Shown in pieces: positions 22,212 through 34,400 of a DNA stretch of 64,000 nucleotides. This DNA is from an uncultured bacterium (lineage in GTDB: Bacteria; Verrucomicrobiota; Verrucomicrobiia; Limisphaerales; UBA8199): assembly GCA_963749495.1 (NCBI GenBank), contig CAVVMW010000018.1, positions 352,001-416,000 of the forward strand. Direction: 5' to 3'. The notes beneath the pieces were generated by a model that was not told where the DNA came from, did no database searches, and worked only from the letters and a program-made list of their open reading frames with translations. Numbering within the stretch: the first letter of the stretch is position 1; each line of letters begins with the position of its first letter. Position numbers and translations under genes: made by a program.

Positions 22212-22807
22212 CTCTCCATGAACCGAAAAACGCATCCGTTGATTTCCAACCACTTACGCGTTTTGGGTTCATGGTCCCAATGCATGCGCAAAAGCGAAAG
22301 GAGGCTCTCCATGAACCGCCGCTCTCCACGAGGTTTTGGAGTGCGGCAGTCCTCTGCCGCTTTTCGATCCTTTGGCTGGCGGCGCCAAAGCGGCAGAGGG
22401 CTGCCGCAGTCCAAAACGCAAGCGCGGCAGGCATGCCAACCCGGTTCATGGTCCCCATGCACCATTCCGAAATCGTGGCTCTCCATGAACCTCAGAACCA
22501 GGGATGGCCCCCTCACCCCATCCCTCTCCATGAACCTAAAAACGCGCCCGTTGATTTGCAAGGACTTACGCGTTTTGGGTTCATGGTCCCAATGCACGGC
22601 CGAAAGGACGAGGGGGCTCTCCATGAACCGGCGCCAAGCCCGAAGGTTTTGGACTGCGGCAGTCCTCTGCCGCTTTTCAGTCCCTGGTTCTGGGAACGCG
22701 AAAGCGGCAGAGGACTGCCGCAGTCCAAAACGCTTCGCGGCCTCGGGGCCCTGACCGGTTCATGGTCCCAATGCATTGGCAGAAGCCAAAGGGGGCTCCC
22801 CACAAAC
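22212..22807. repeat. Composite REP/BIME-like array between convergent genes
   Basis: Units ggttcatggtccc-N-ctctccatgaacc at 22266-22317, 22443-22491, 22578-22629 and a degenerate copy at 22757-22807; ttttgga.tgcggcagtcctctgccgcttt REP doublets at 22334-22416 and ~22647-22730. Confidence 0.9.
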
Positions 22808-22810
22808 GCT

Positions 22811-25800
22811 CTACGGGGTCACGGCCCTGAAGAAAACCGCTCCGTTGGGGGGAGCCGGTTGGGACCAAAGGATGCTGCCGCTGGATGGGGCAACATTCGT
22901 CGCCAAAGGCGTCCAGACTGTGGCGGCACCCAGATTGGTGGCTCCCAGGAGACGGTAAACCACGTCCGGGTCACCGCTGCAGGTCAGCAGCAGAGCCGGG
23001 CCTTGCGCGGAAATGGACAGAGACGGCTGGCTCACGACTACCAGCGCCGCAGGGGCGCTAGTTAAGGCCAGATAGGCATTGGTAACGACCACGCTGTAGG
23101 TGCCGGCGTCAGTGAGGGCCGCGTGGGCAAAATTCAGCGCCTGGTTGGTCGCGCCTTCGAGAGGAGTGCTCCCCAAGCACCATTGGTAGCTGATCGGAAG
23201 GATCCCCGCAACCCACACGGTGAAGCTGGCGGGGTTGCCCTTCCCAACGGTAAGGTCCTGGGGCTGGCTCAGGATGCTCAACGCCGCGGAGTTGAAGCTC
23301 AACGTGGCGACCCGGCTGGTGACCGACCCCGCATCATTGGCTGCGATGACCTGGTAACTGCCCTGGTCTGCCGGAGCGGCCTCACTAATCGTAACCACCG
23401 CGTTGGTGGCCGCGGGGATGGGAACGCCATTGTGCAGCCAAAGGAAACCCAGGGAGGGGCCTGCGGCACTCACGGTGAAGGAAGCGGGTGCATCGGGGGC
23501 CACGCTGAACGTCATCGGGCTGGACCAGAATATGGGGCCTCAGGTCAATGCTCACTGTCTCGACTGTGCTGGTGACCGCTCCAAAACTGTTGGTGGCAAT
23601 GGCAGCGTAGAGACCGCCATCGGCGGCCTGCACGTTGGTGAGGGTGACTGTGGCGCCTGAAAGGCCCGGCACCAGGCCACCGTCCTTTGACCACAAATAA
23701 TCAATGGGTCCCGGCCCTTCGGCAAACGCCTGCAGGGTGAGGTCCCCCCCCGCCCACACGGTGTTGGTGCCGGATGGCTGCAGCGTAAAAACCGGAATGG
23801 TCAGGACCACCTCGAATGCCCCACTGTCGGCGTAGGTGCCTTGAGGGCGGGTGGTGCCGCACTGATCCACCGGGGGATAGTTCGTCTTGACCGCGTCCAG
23901 GGCCGGGCTTTGGGGAAGGAGCGCCATCGTGAGGGTGGGGCCTCCGTTCGTGGTCAGCGGCCCCAGACGAGGATCCACATTGACCACGCTGTTGGAGGAA
24001 GCGAAAGCCAAGGAAGAATCAGAACTGAAGTTGTAACCCCCATCCTCGATTCCTCCGGAAAAATTGGCCGGGGTATTGCTGGCGACGATGGAGTTGCAGA
24101 GGGTGACAGCGCCGTTGAAGTTGGCGATGCCCCCGCCAAGGGTGAGAGTGGAATTGGTATCGGCCGGCACTCCTGGCGCAGCGGTGTTGAAAGCCAGCGT
24201 CAGGTTCACCAGCGAGACGGTGTTAGAGGTGAAAGCCAGCGCGCCGCCGAAGCCATTGGTGCGCGCCGCGGCCTCCCCGGGGGAGAACATCGTGCCCGCG
24301 CCCCCCGCAGCCTGGTTAAAGGCAAATGTGGAGTTGGTGATCGCCACCGGGGCGGCAGCAGCCTGGATGGCGCCCCCGAACCCCTCCGCGCCGGGCGTGG
24401 CATTGTTTGTGCCCGATCCAGGGTAATCTCCCCCTTGAGCCAGGTTGCCGTTGAACGTGGAGGCGTTCACCACCACGGGTCCGACCGCTGCCAACCCGCC
24501 ACCCAGACCTCTGCCCGCCGAGCGGCTGAAGCCTCCAACCGCGGTATTATATTCCACAGAACAGCCGTCCAGCTCGATGGACCCCGCGTTGTAGAGCCCG
24601 CCGCCCAGGCCATTGCCAGGGTCCTGGGTTTGGCCGCACCTGCTCCCCGAGGACGAGTTCCCGCCCAAGGTCACCTGTTCGAGACTGGCTGTGGCATTGC
24701 TTTCTACAAACAGCGCACCGCCGTAGCTGTGCCCGCCGCCGGCAATGTCGGCTTGCACCACCGCCCCTGCGGCCGAATTCGTGAGGCCATGAGACGCAAG
24801 CATGTGCAAACTCCCGCCGGCAATCGCCAGCGCGCCGCCGGCCGCATCGCCGGCACGGCTATTCGTCACCGAACCGGGCAGCGGCTCCCCCCGAGCGCCT
24901 GGTTGCGGAGAAACGTCGAGCTATCAACCAGGCAATCTCCGCCGTCGGAAAAAACCGCTCCGCCGAATCCGCCGGCCCCGCCCATGGAAATCGCCGCCGG
25001 AGAAGCCGATCGCCCCCGGCCTCCTGCTGCCGAGCAGTCGGTCAGCAGGCACCCTTCCAGCGTCAGTTGGCCGCCTCGATTACAGATGGCCCCACCCAGG
25101 CCGCACCCTCCTTGCGGGCTGGGACTGTTAGTCGTGGCGCCCGGCTTGGCGTCACCGCCGCGAACCACGCAGTTGGTGAACACACAGTTGGTGAGGGCCA
25201 CGGTGCCCCCTAGATTGAGGATGCCTGCACCCTGTCCATCACCTCCTGGCCCTGGCGGAGAAGCGCTCGCGCCGTTGGTTCCGGCGTGGAAGCCGTCGGC
25301 AAAAACGATCCCCTGGGCCGAGAAGCTGATGTTGGTTCGCACCTCGACGAGCCGGGTGACGCCGCCGCCGCTGAGGACCACTGAATGCCCATTGGCGTCC
25401 AATGCGGTGTTGTACGGCGGCACTATCGGGTTGGTGAGCAGGATCGTCCCGCTGCTTTCAAACCGCAGCAGGCCGCCTTCAAGGAGTGCGCTGGTCAGCG
25501 CGGGAAGGGATACAGAAGCAACAGATTGCGTGACCAGAAACGGCGCGGCCTCGATGTCCAGGTTCCCCGTCTGACGTCCGCTGATGTATTGGCCAAGGAT
25601 GCGGCTGGTCCCTTGGAGGAGAATGCCGTTGAGGCGGTTGGTATCGCCAAACCAGGGATGGACGAAACTTCCGCTCACGCGGCCGGATTTCAAATCCAGG
25701 CCCAGTTTCAGCACTGCATTGCTGTCCATGGCGGTGAGTGTATTGGATGTCGAGAGCTTGACCAGGTTGGTGATGGGCGAATCCAGATCGCTGCCCGACA

Positions 25801-27844
25801 CTTGCGCCTGCCCGTACACCCAGTTCAGGACCCGAACGCCGGCGGCGGGCCGGGCATAGGGGGACGCGACGAACGAGACCAGGTTGGAGAAGCCGCCGGG
25901 GTATGCGCCAGACCCCGCATCCACCGACCGAATCCACTGCAGACTGCCCGAGAGGCTCCTGGGTCATTGGCCGAGAACCCGACCCACCCCAGGAGGGCGC
26001 CTTTTCCCTTGTCCAGAGTGACATACAGCGGCCAGTGCCCGAGCTGCGTCAAGCTGCAGCGGGCACTGAAAGGCACGCTGTCCCCAAGCACTCCATTGAG
26101 GTTAAGGCCTCCGCTTTGGGCCAGGCTCAGAGTGCCGAACCCGCTGCCACCCGCAACCTGCGGGCCGATGACACTGCTGCTGGTGGCCGGCAACGCAAAG
26201 GTGTACTGGCCGGCGGGCGGGCCGTTGCTGCCGCCCAGGCTCGAAGCCAGCCTCTCCAGTTGCACGTCGGGACTGGTTGAGCCGCCGGACACGGTCCCCG
26301 TGATCAGGCCGGCAGTATTCGTCTCCTGGAGTTGCAAAGTGATGGCAGTGCTGAGCCCGTCCAGGACGCCGCTGATCGAAGCGCTGCCGGAGCTGTCGAA
26401 CTTGCCGGAGTAATAGTAAGTCGATCCGTGGTAGAGAATGGCGCCACTGAAGCCGCCATCCGTTCTCAACGCCAGGGATAGAAAGCCCACGGCGTCCAAA
26501 CGGGGCTCATAGGGGGTTTGAAAGAGGCCCTGGTAATCTCCCGCCAATTGCCACATGGGGCTGCGGACGAAGTTGGCAGTCAGGCTGAAGTTGGTCGCCG
26601 TCACGGGAACCTGGAAAGACAGATCCGAATTGGAAGAGGCCACTGAACCCGTCCAGCTCTCGAAGACATAGTTCGGCGCCGGGACGGCCGTCGCGGTGTA
26701 GTATGCGCCTGCCCGGAGCAACGCCCGATTGGCCAGGCCCTTGACGCTCCCCCCTCCGAGGATCCGCAAGTCGAGCGGGAACTTGGCCTCGTAAAAGAAC
26801 GTCAGCGCAACACTGGCCGAGCGCGTGCCGACCCAGTTGATGCTCTCCAGAGTCAGGGTGTTGTATCCGGCGGCGGGCGAAACGCTAAACGCCCAGTTGG
26901 TGGTGCCGGCGGCGATTTCCCAGGGGCCATCCTGCAAGAGATAAACCACTCGCGCCACGCCGGCATCGCCGCCGGCGGTTCCACGCACCACCACCGCCTG
27001 GTTGGTGAAACTGGAATTGGACGGCGGAGATAGAACGTTGACTGTTGGCGGGGCCGAGCCCGGCGGGTTGGTTTCGTTCAGAATGGAGAACGTCCGTATA
27101 GTAAAGCTCCTGATACAAGGGCGCCCGGCTCACGGTGTTCGTGTACGCGACCGGGAGGCTATTGAAGACGCTGTAGTTCGTTCCCAGCAAACTCCCAAGG
27201 TCAACGATGCCCCCGTTCGTGGAGAGCGTGTTGAAATTCTGCAACACCGCGATACCCTCGTTGGCATTCGTGCTGTCGAGAACCCGCCCGAAAACCGTAA
27301 ACCCGCCGTTCTGCGTGTCGAGGTTGGTCGAGTTGTCTCCCAGGTTGAAAAACCACTGGCTCGTCGCCGAATTCGGGTCGTTGTCCAGCTTGGCCATGGC
27401 CAAAGTCCCCAGCGTGTTGCTCAGGCGCGTGCCCACCAGAAACTCGTTGGTCAGCCGGCCATAGTCCGGGGCCTCCACGTACGACGAAAAGGCATCGGAC
27501 CCAGCGGGGTTCGTGACCGAGAACCCGCCCCCCTGCAGGACAAAACCCGGCACACAACGGTGCAGCAGACTGTTCGTATAGGCTCCACTCCGCACGTAGA
27601 GCAGGAAATTGCGGACCGTCTCCGGTTTCTCCCGGTCGAAAAGCTCCACGTTGATCCGGCCCACCCGATTCGTGCCCTGCAAGAAGTCGAAGACCACAAC
27701 CGTGTTCGCCGCGTTGGTGTCCGAAGGAGCCCCTGCCCGGAGGCCAACCTCCTGCATCAGCCCCGGAACCAACAACAAACACAGCCAACTCCATCGGCAC
27801 GCTGCGCGCCAACAGGGGTCGCACCGGAGGATCGTGCGCTTCAT
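22811..27844 (-). CDS. Large secreted cyclophilin-type PPIase fused to Ig-like, InlB-B-like and Gly-rich beta-helix (choice-of-anchor-Q-like) domains and a C-terminal 'FFR' domain; split by four frameshifts (~27094, ~25960, ~24890, ~23515)
   Basis: Five consecutive overlapping minus-strand ORFs read as one protein. 'ELFD..KPETVRNFL.YV..GAY....HR.VPGFVLQGGGF...GTLAMAK...NSATSQWFFNL.DN..LD....GFTVFGRV'; 'DPRLGPLTTNGGPTLTMALLPQSPALDA'; Ig 'QPQD..V..G..ASF.V...YQW'. Confidence 0.8.
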
Positions 27845-27875
27845 TGTCCAGTCATTGTCTGCCCATTCTTCTAGC
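27511..27875. repeat. Direct repeat copy 1 (365 bp, 5' end of the PPIase gene)
   Basis: Near-identical to 47873-48237 (offset 20,362); the match resumes at 27990-28023 versus 48238-48271. Confidence 0.95.
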
Positions 27876-27989
27876 GAGGCTGGGCCTCAGACCGTGGCTC
27901 GGGCATCCTGCCCAAGCCCTCACGGGCAGGATGCCCGTGCCACAAACTTGACCTGTCTGCATCACGTTTTGAAATTCAAGGACTCTAGC
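27876..27989. repeat. 114-bp REP-doublet segment bounded by TCTAGC direct repeats
   Basis: Contains gtggctcgggcatcctgccc...cacgggcaggatgcccgtgccac; absent from the second copy at 48237/48238; tctagc at 27870-27875 and 27984-27989. Confidence 0.8.
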
Positions 27990-28359
27990 CCCTGCACTCC
28001 TGCAAAGGCAATCAAAAACAGCTTCGCTGCGCCATTTGGGGCGCATTCCAACACCGCCCCCGGAGCGCCCACTTCAGAGGCTGTGTGAAAAATCAATTTT
28101 GGAGCGCTTTTAGACCACCAAAAGTGAAGGGGCACATCGTTCCGACGCGCTATAAGTCAAATGTGAGCGAAGTTTTTTCGGGGCCGGGATTTTTCACACA
28201 GCCTCTGAACCCGGCGCTCCGGTCCTTTGGTGTCGGTGGCGGGGCTGGTTTCCGGACGCGCCCCGCCATTCGTGGACCGGTGGACGACCGTCCTGCCAAG
28301 GACTCCACCTCCTTCTTGACTCATTACAAAAAGAATCGGAACCGAATCGGGAAAAGGTC

Positions 28360-28387
28360 TTGACAACAGGGGAATCGTTGCTACTCT
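28360..28387 (+). promoter_or_regulatory. Candidate sigma70 promoter for the giant gene
   Basis: TTGACA (28360-28365), 16-bp spacer, extended -10 TGcTACTCT (28379-28387), ~70 bp before ATG 28458. Confidence 0.5.
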
Positions 28388-28457
28388 TGATGCGAACTTT
28401 GACGATGCCCCAACTGGGAGTGCCTGCCCGGCGGGAGGCAAACAACCTAGCTGCACT

Positions 28458-31400
28458 ATGCGGTCCGACCCGGAAGGCCGGCAGTTCCGACTCGAAGAAC
28501 TCGAGCCGCGGGTGATGCTGTCAGCGAATCTCACGGCCCTTGGGACCGCCGCTGTTGTCGCCCACCACCGTTGTCCGGTAGTCGAGGAGGTGTCGTTCCC
28601 ATTCACCACCGCGGGGCTTTCCGAGACGCATTTTGCTCACAACGGCGTCCAGGACATGTTCGCCGGCATGGAACGGACACCGCCTGCCGCGCCTCCGGCG
28701 CCGGCTCAAAGCCAGACTTGCGCCGCCGCACCGACGCTCGATCAAGCTGCCGTCGGCGCGCGAGTTGAAGAGACTTCCGCGACCACTGTGACGCTCAATA
28801 CGGCCGCCCCAAGAGCCGATGCGGTTTCAAAGATTTTGCAGGGCGATTCGATCAGTCCTCAGACCACGAGCGCGGGCAACAGCGCATCCAAGGTCTCGGA
28901 GTTGACGCGCACGCTCCGCTCCGCCAATGGTCCCCCGAGCGGCGCAACCGCAGCTCAAGTCAGTCCGAATTTCGCGGCAATCGTCGGTTCCTCTCCAAGA
29001 GCGTGTGGGGTTGCTGCCGTGGCTTGCGGTGCCCCCACTACTGCCACCGCTACCGCGGCCTCGGCTCGAGGCCGTGGCTCTCCTTCAAATCCTTCTCATG
29101 GCACGCCTTTAAGCCAGACACCGGGGCTCCAGGACCTGGGCACTTATATCATTGATGTGCTGGCCAGTCAGAGCGCCAGCTTTACTTCGACCGAGACCCT
29201 CACAAACGCATCCCTGGGCGGTTTTCTGCAACTGCAAGGGGTGACGTTGGGTGTGACGGCCACGCTGTCGACGGCCGGAGTCTGGAGCGGGAGTGTCACG
29301 ATCTCCGTGGCCAGCGCGACGTTGTTCCCGGGGCGCAGCTTCAGCGGAAAGATTGCTTCCAGCACGTCCGATCCCGCGCTCACAGGCACCTACACGATCG
29401 GCGGCGGGTTCAATTTGACCATCCCCCAGACTGCGAGCATGGTCTTGCAGCTCGGGGAGGCGCTGACCATTACCGCCAGCGGTGTGAGTTTGAGCTACGA
29501 TCCCAACGGGGCGGCGACTCAAACCCTGGCGACCTTGCAAACCGCGACTGTGACCTCCTCGCAGTTCTCCGGAATGCCATCGGCCACGTTGAGCAATTTC
29601 GCCATTCGTGGGGACGGCTTCAGCTTCGGTGCCTTCACCTTGGCTTCAGCGTCCGGCGCAACGCCGGGCATTGGAAACCTCATTACGACCACGGGCGTGA
29701 CCTTGACGGTGTCGGACTTCAACGTGTCGTTCGGCGCTGGCGCGAGCGGGCCTTCCTTGAGCGGGACGATTGCCGCCACGGTCTCAGGCTTGAACCTGTT
29801 CCCGGATGGAAACCTTGTCCAGTTCCAGGCCACGAATGTCAGCGCGGCCTACAGTTTCGCGGGCTTTGATGGCGTCAGTCCGACGGGGCAGCTCCAGGTG
29901 ACGGTGACGGGCCTTCGGTTGAGCATGGGCGAGGCGTTTGTGCTGACGGCGAGCGGGGACGTGGTTTTGACTCCCGGCCAGACGGTGATGGCGACCGTCG
30001 CGTCCGCCACGTTAAGCTCCCCCCAATTCACCGGGTTGGGCACTCTCCAGGTGAGTAATCTGGCCATCAGCCAGAGCGGTTTGAGCCTCGGCAGCCTGAC
30101 CTGGAGCAGCGGCGGGCCGGTGTCGATCCCGGACATCGTTAGCGCCGACAACGTGATGCTGACGCTAAGCAATTTCGGTCTGCAATACGGAGCGACGCCT
30201 TCCGTCAGCGGGGGCATTTCGGTTTCGGCCACCAACGTGGTCCTCTTCCCGAACGTTCCCTTGTTGGACCTGCACCTGGGCACCTTGGGAGGCTCTTACC
30301 AATTCGGCTCTCCGGCCATCCTGAGCCTGCACATCCCCAGCCTGGACATCCCTTTGGGAGACGCTTTGACCATCCATTTGGGCGCGGTGGACATCAATCC
30401 GGGCGAGGCGACAATGCTGCACGTGTCCAGCGCCACGGTGACGTCCAACCTGTTCTCCGGCCTGCCGACCTTCACCCTGAGCAACTTCGATCTGACCCGA
30501 ACCGGGTTCAGCCTCGGCAGCTTCGACATCACCGCGAGCACGCCGGTGACGGTCGGCAGCTTCCTTTCATTTTCCAATCTCGGTCTCCATGTGAGCAATT
30601 TCACGGTGGACAGGACCGCCACCCCAGTGGTGAGCGGCTCGGTTAGCTTGACCCTGGGCACGATGACCCTGTTCCCCGGCAGTTCGCTGGTGACATCCAG
30701 CTTCACCAACCTGGCGGCCACCTATGACTTCGCCAGCGCCTCCACGCCGGGGCAGTTGACCGTCACCGCCGACAGCATCACGCTGTCGATTGGCGGCCAA
30801 TTGACGCTGACGGCCAACAACATAAGCATTACCCCCGGCTCCGATACGCTGGCCACCATCCACACGGCCAGCCTCACCTTTGGTCTGCTCGACGGCCTTA
30901 AGGTCGAGGTCACTGGCCTCGAAATCCGGCAGACAGGGTTCACCATCGACTCGGCCACTGCCAGCGTTTCGGACATTACACTGGGTGGCCTGCTGGCCTT
31001 GCAGGCGCCCACCATAATAACCTTAACCAATATCAATTACTCCTTTGGCGGCACGCTGAGCGGCACGGTGGGTTTTGACACCACCAGCGCAGTGTTGCAC
31101 GTGGGCTCGGCGCTGGACACTTCGGCCAGTCATTTGAGCGGCAGTTACGACCTGGCCAGCGGAGTGCTGACGGTGACGTTGGACTCATTCGGGTTGGACC
31201 TGGCTGGGTTTGCCACGTTGAGCGCCTCTGGAGCAGTGATTACCTACGCCCCGGCCAGCGATAGTCCCGCCAAGGTGCTGGTGGGTGTAACGGGGGTCCA
31301 AGTGTTCATGGGCGCCAACGGCGTGGGCGTTTCGGTGAACAGCGGCACGCTGGGATTGGCGATCTTCAAAGCCGCCGACGACACCATCACTTACGCCTTG

Positions 31401-34400
31401 GATGCCAGCGGGGCCGTCAGCCTGGCAGGCCTGCCCGCCAATACCCTGAGTCTATCCGGGAACGTTGAATTCCGGCAGAACACGGCCGGCCCTGTCTCGG
31501 AAGTGGTGGATGTCAATGGCACCGAGGTGCATCTGGTGTTTGCGGGCAATGAGACCTCGGCGTCCGCCGCAGGGTTGAGCCTGTCGGTAGGAGCCTTCAT
31601 TTCGGTGACCGGCGATTTTGGCTTCACGCAATTCACCGATGGAAGCGCTACCGACATCGCGATTGGCGCGACCAACGTGGACGCGACGATGGCCGCTGGC
31701 AGCGTCAGCGTAACCGTCACCGGCGCCAGCCTGGGCCTGTTGGTGAAGCCCGGCGCGGCGGCCGCCGACGCTGCTTACGCCCTGGTGGCCAACGGCGGGA
31801 CCGACACCCTGAACGGAGTGCCGGGGCTGAGCCTGAGCGCCTCGGCCTTGACGGTTCGGGCGCGGAAGGGATTGGACACGACCACCGTGAGCGGCGCGCC
31901 CGCCACGGTCCATACGCCAGGCGGCGATGTGAGCCTGGACTTCACCGGCCTCGGTTCCGGCGCGAGCAACGTGACCGACATCGAAGGAAGCGTCACGTTG
32001 AACGTGGCGAATTTTGTTTCGCTGTCCGGTGACTTCGGCTTCCAGCAGTTCACTGACGGGTCGGGCAGCAACCTGGCTATCGGGGCAAAAAACGTCACTG
32101 TGGTCTTGGGGACGGCGAGCACCAATGTCACCATCACGGGCGCGAGCCTCGGCTTGCTGGTCAAACCGGATGTGGGCTATGCCCTGGTGGCCGCGAGCGC
32201 TACCTGCGCCTTGAACGGCGTTTCCGGCTTGTCCATCAGCACCACCGGCCTGGATGTGCGTGTCCGGAGCGGGCTGGATCCCTCGACCATCACCGAAGCG
32301 CCGACCTTCGTCCAGACGCCCAGCGGGCCCGTCACTCTCGACTTTTCCAAACTTGCCTCAGTAACCAGCAACGTGACCGACATCGAAGGGCACCTGACAC
32401 TGAGCGTGGACGGGTTTGGGTCGCTCGAAGGCGATTTCGGGTTCCAGTCCTTCCAAAACGGGGCGGGCGGCCAGTCCGATATTGCCCTGGGGGCGAAAAA
32501 CCTGTCAGTGGTGCTGGGAACGGCGACGACCAACCTCACCGTAGCCAACGCCAGCTTTGGGATGATCATCCAGCCCGGGATCAACGGCCAGCCGACAACC
32601 TACGCCCTGGAGGCGCAGGGCAGTGCCGATCCCGCGGACACCGCTCTGAACGGCGTTCCGGGTCTCTCGGTCACAGCCTCCAATTTGCTCGTCCGCGTCC
32701 GGCAGGGGCTGGATCCCTCGACGACCACCGGCGTGCCCGGCGGCCATTCACACCTCCGGCGGCGACGTGACGCTGGACTTTAGCGGTCTGGGGACCGGGT
32801 CCGACAACGTGGCGGACATTGAAGGCACAGTGGAAGTGGATGTCGCTGGTTTCGTATCTTTGTCCGGCAGCTTTGGTTTCCAAAGCTATGCGGTTGGCAG
32901 CGACCACTACCTGGCCATCGGCGCGACGGGCCTCACCGCCACGCTGACGGCCGACAGCGTGAGCCTCAACATCGCCAACGCCCAGGTTGGAGTCATCGTC
33001 AAGGAAGGTTCGCCCAGCACCTACGTCCTGGAAGCCAGGGGCAGCAGTAATCCCGCAGATACGGCCCTGACAGGCGTGCCGGGGCTGACCCTGAGCGCGA
33101 CCAATTTGCTGGTCCGCGTGCGGAGCGGGCTGGACGTTTCAGATCTTCCGTCCGGGTTGCCGGCATCGGTCCAGACGCCCGGCGGTGCGGTGACCTTTGA
33201 CTTTTCGGGCCTCGGAACCGGGACGAGCAACGTTACCGACATTGAAGGGCATCTGACCCTGGCCGTGGCCGGTCTGGCCTCGCTGGAAGGCGACTTCGGG
33301 TTCCAGGCATTCGCCGATGGGTCGGCTAGCGACCTGGCTATCGGCGCAAACAACGTCAATGTTGTGCTGGGAACGGCGAGCACCAATGTCACCATCACCG
33401 GGGCGAGCCTCGGTTTGCTGGTCAAGTCTGGTGTGGGTTACGCCCTGGTGGCCAACGGCGGGACCGACACCTTGAACGGAGTGCCGGGTTTGTCCATCAG
33501 CAGCACGGGCCTGTCTGTGCGCGTCCGCAGCGGGCTGGATCCCTCAACCCTCACCGGCGCGCCCACTTCGGTTCAGACAGCCGGCGGTGGCAGTGTGCCG
33601 CTCGACTTCAGCAACCTCGGCTCGAGCAACGTTACAGAAGTCGCCGGCAGCATCTCGATTAACGTGGCGAACCTCGTTTCGCTCATTGGGAAGTTCAGCT
33701 TCACCGAGACAACCACCGGCAGTCTGACCAAGATCCTGGTCGGCGCTTCGGGCGTTTCGGCCTTCCTCGGCAGCGTGGATAGCAGCGGCAATCCCACGCT
33801 CGGGGTTCAAGTGACTGGGGCAAGTTTCGGATTAGTCATCTATCGCGACTCGACCGCGACGAGCTCGACCTATGCCCTCCAGGCCACGGCTCCCAGCGCC
33901 ACGGCTCCCAGCATTGCCCTAGTTGGCCTGCCCGACAACATCAGCTTGACTGGCTCAGCCAGCGTGGCGATCAACACCACGGGCGCGGCGGTGAATGAAA
34001 CCATCCCCAACAGTCCGGGGGTCACCTTCACGGACGGCACCAACGGCACTGCCGATCAGCGAAACATCAAGAGCTTGGGCGGACACCTTTCTCTGGTGGT
34101 CGGTCCTCAGTCGAGTCCCTATTTCAGCCTGGCAGGTGATTTCTCCATCAGTGAACTCGTGAGCGGCACCGAGACCAAAGTCCTGATTGGCGCCGCCAAC
34201 CTCACCGCCAATTCTCCCGTCATGGCCGACGGCGGCACCGACACGTTCAATCTGTCCAACGGCACGCTGGGTTTGGTGCTCTTCCAAAGCGGCGGCACCA
34301 ATGAGGGCTACGCGTTGACAGCTTCGGCTACCGCAACCGTCGCGGTGGGGAGTGCCCTTTCGGGCAGCGCCACCTTGACCATTCGCCGGAACACCACCAC

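Noticed and set aside
22212..22807. CRISPR array or integron attC array
   Set aside because: Unit interiors vary, spacers are unequal and repeat each other, the ends do not fit RYYYAAC/GTTRRRY, and no cas or intI gene is in the window.
32730..32770. Programmed frameshift or phase-variable tract at the giant-gene junctions
   Set aside because: No slippery heptamer or long homopolymer at ~32739 or ~4104.
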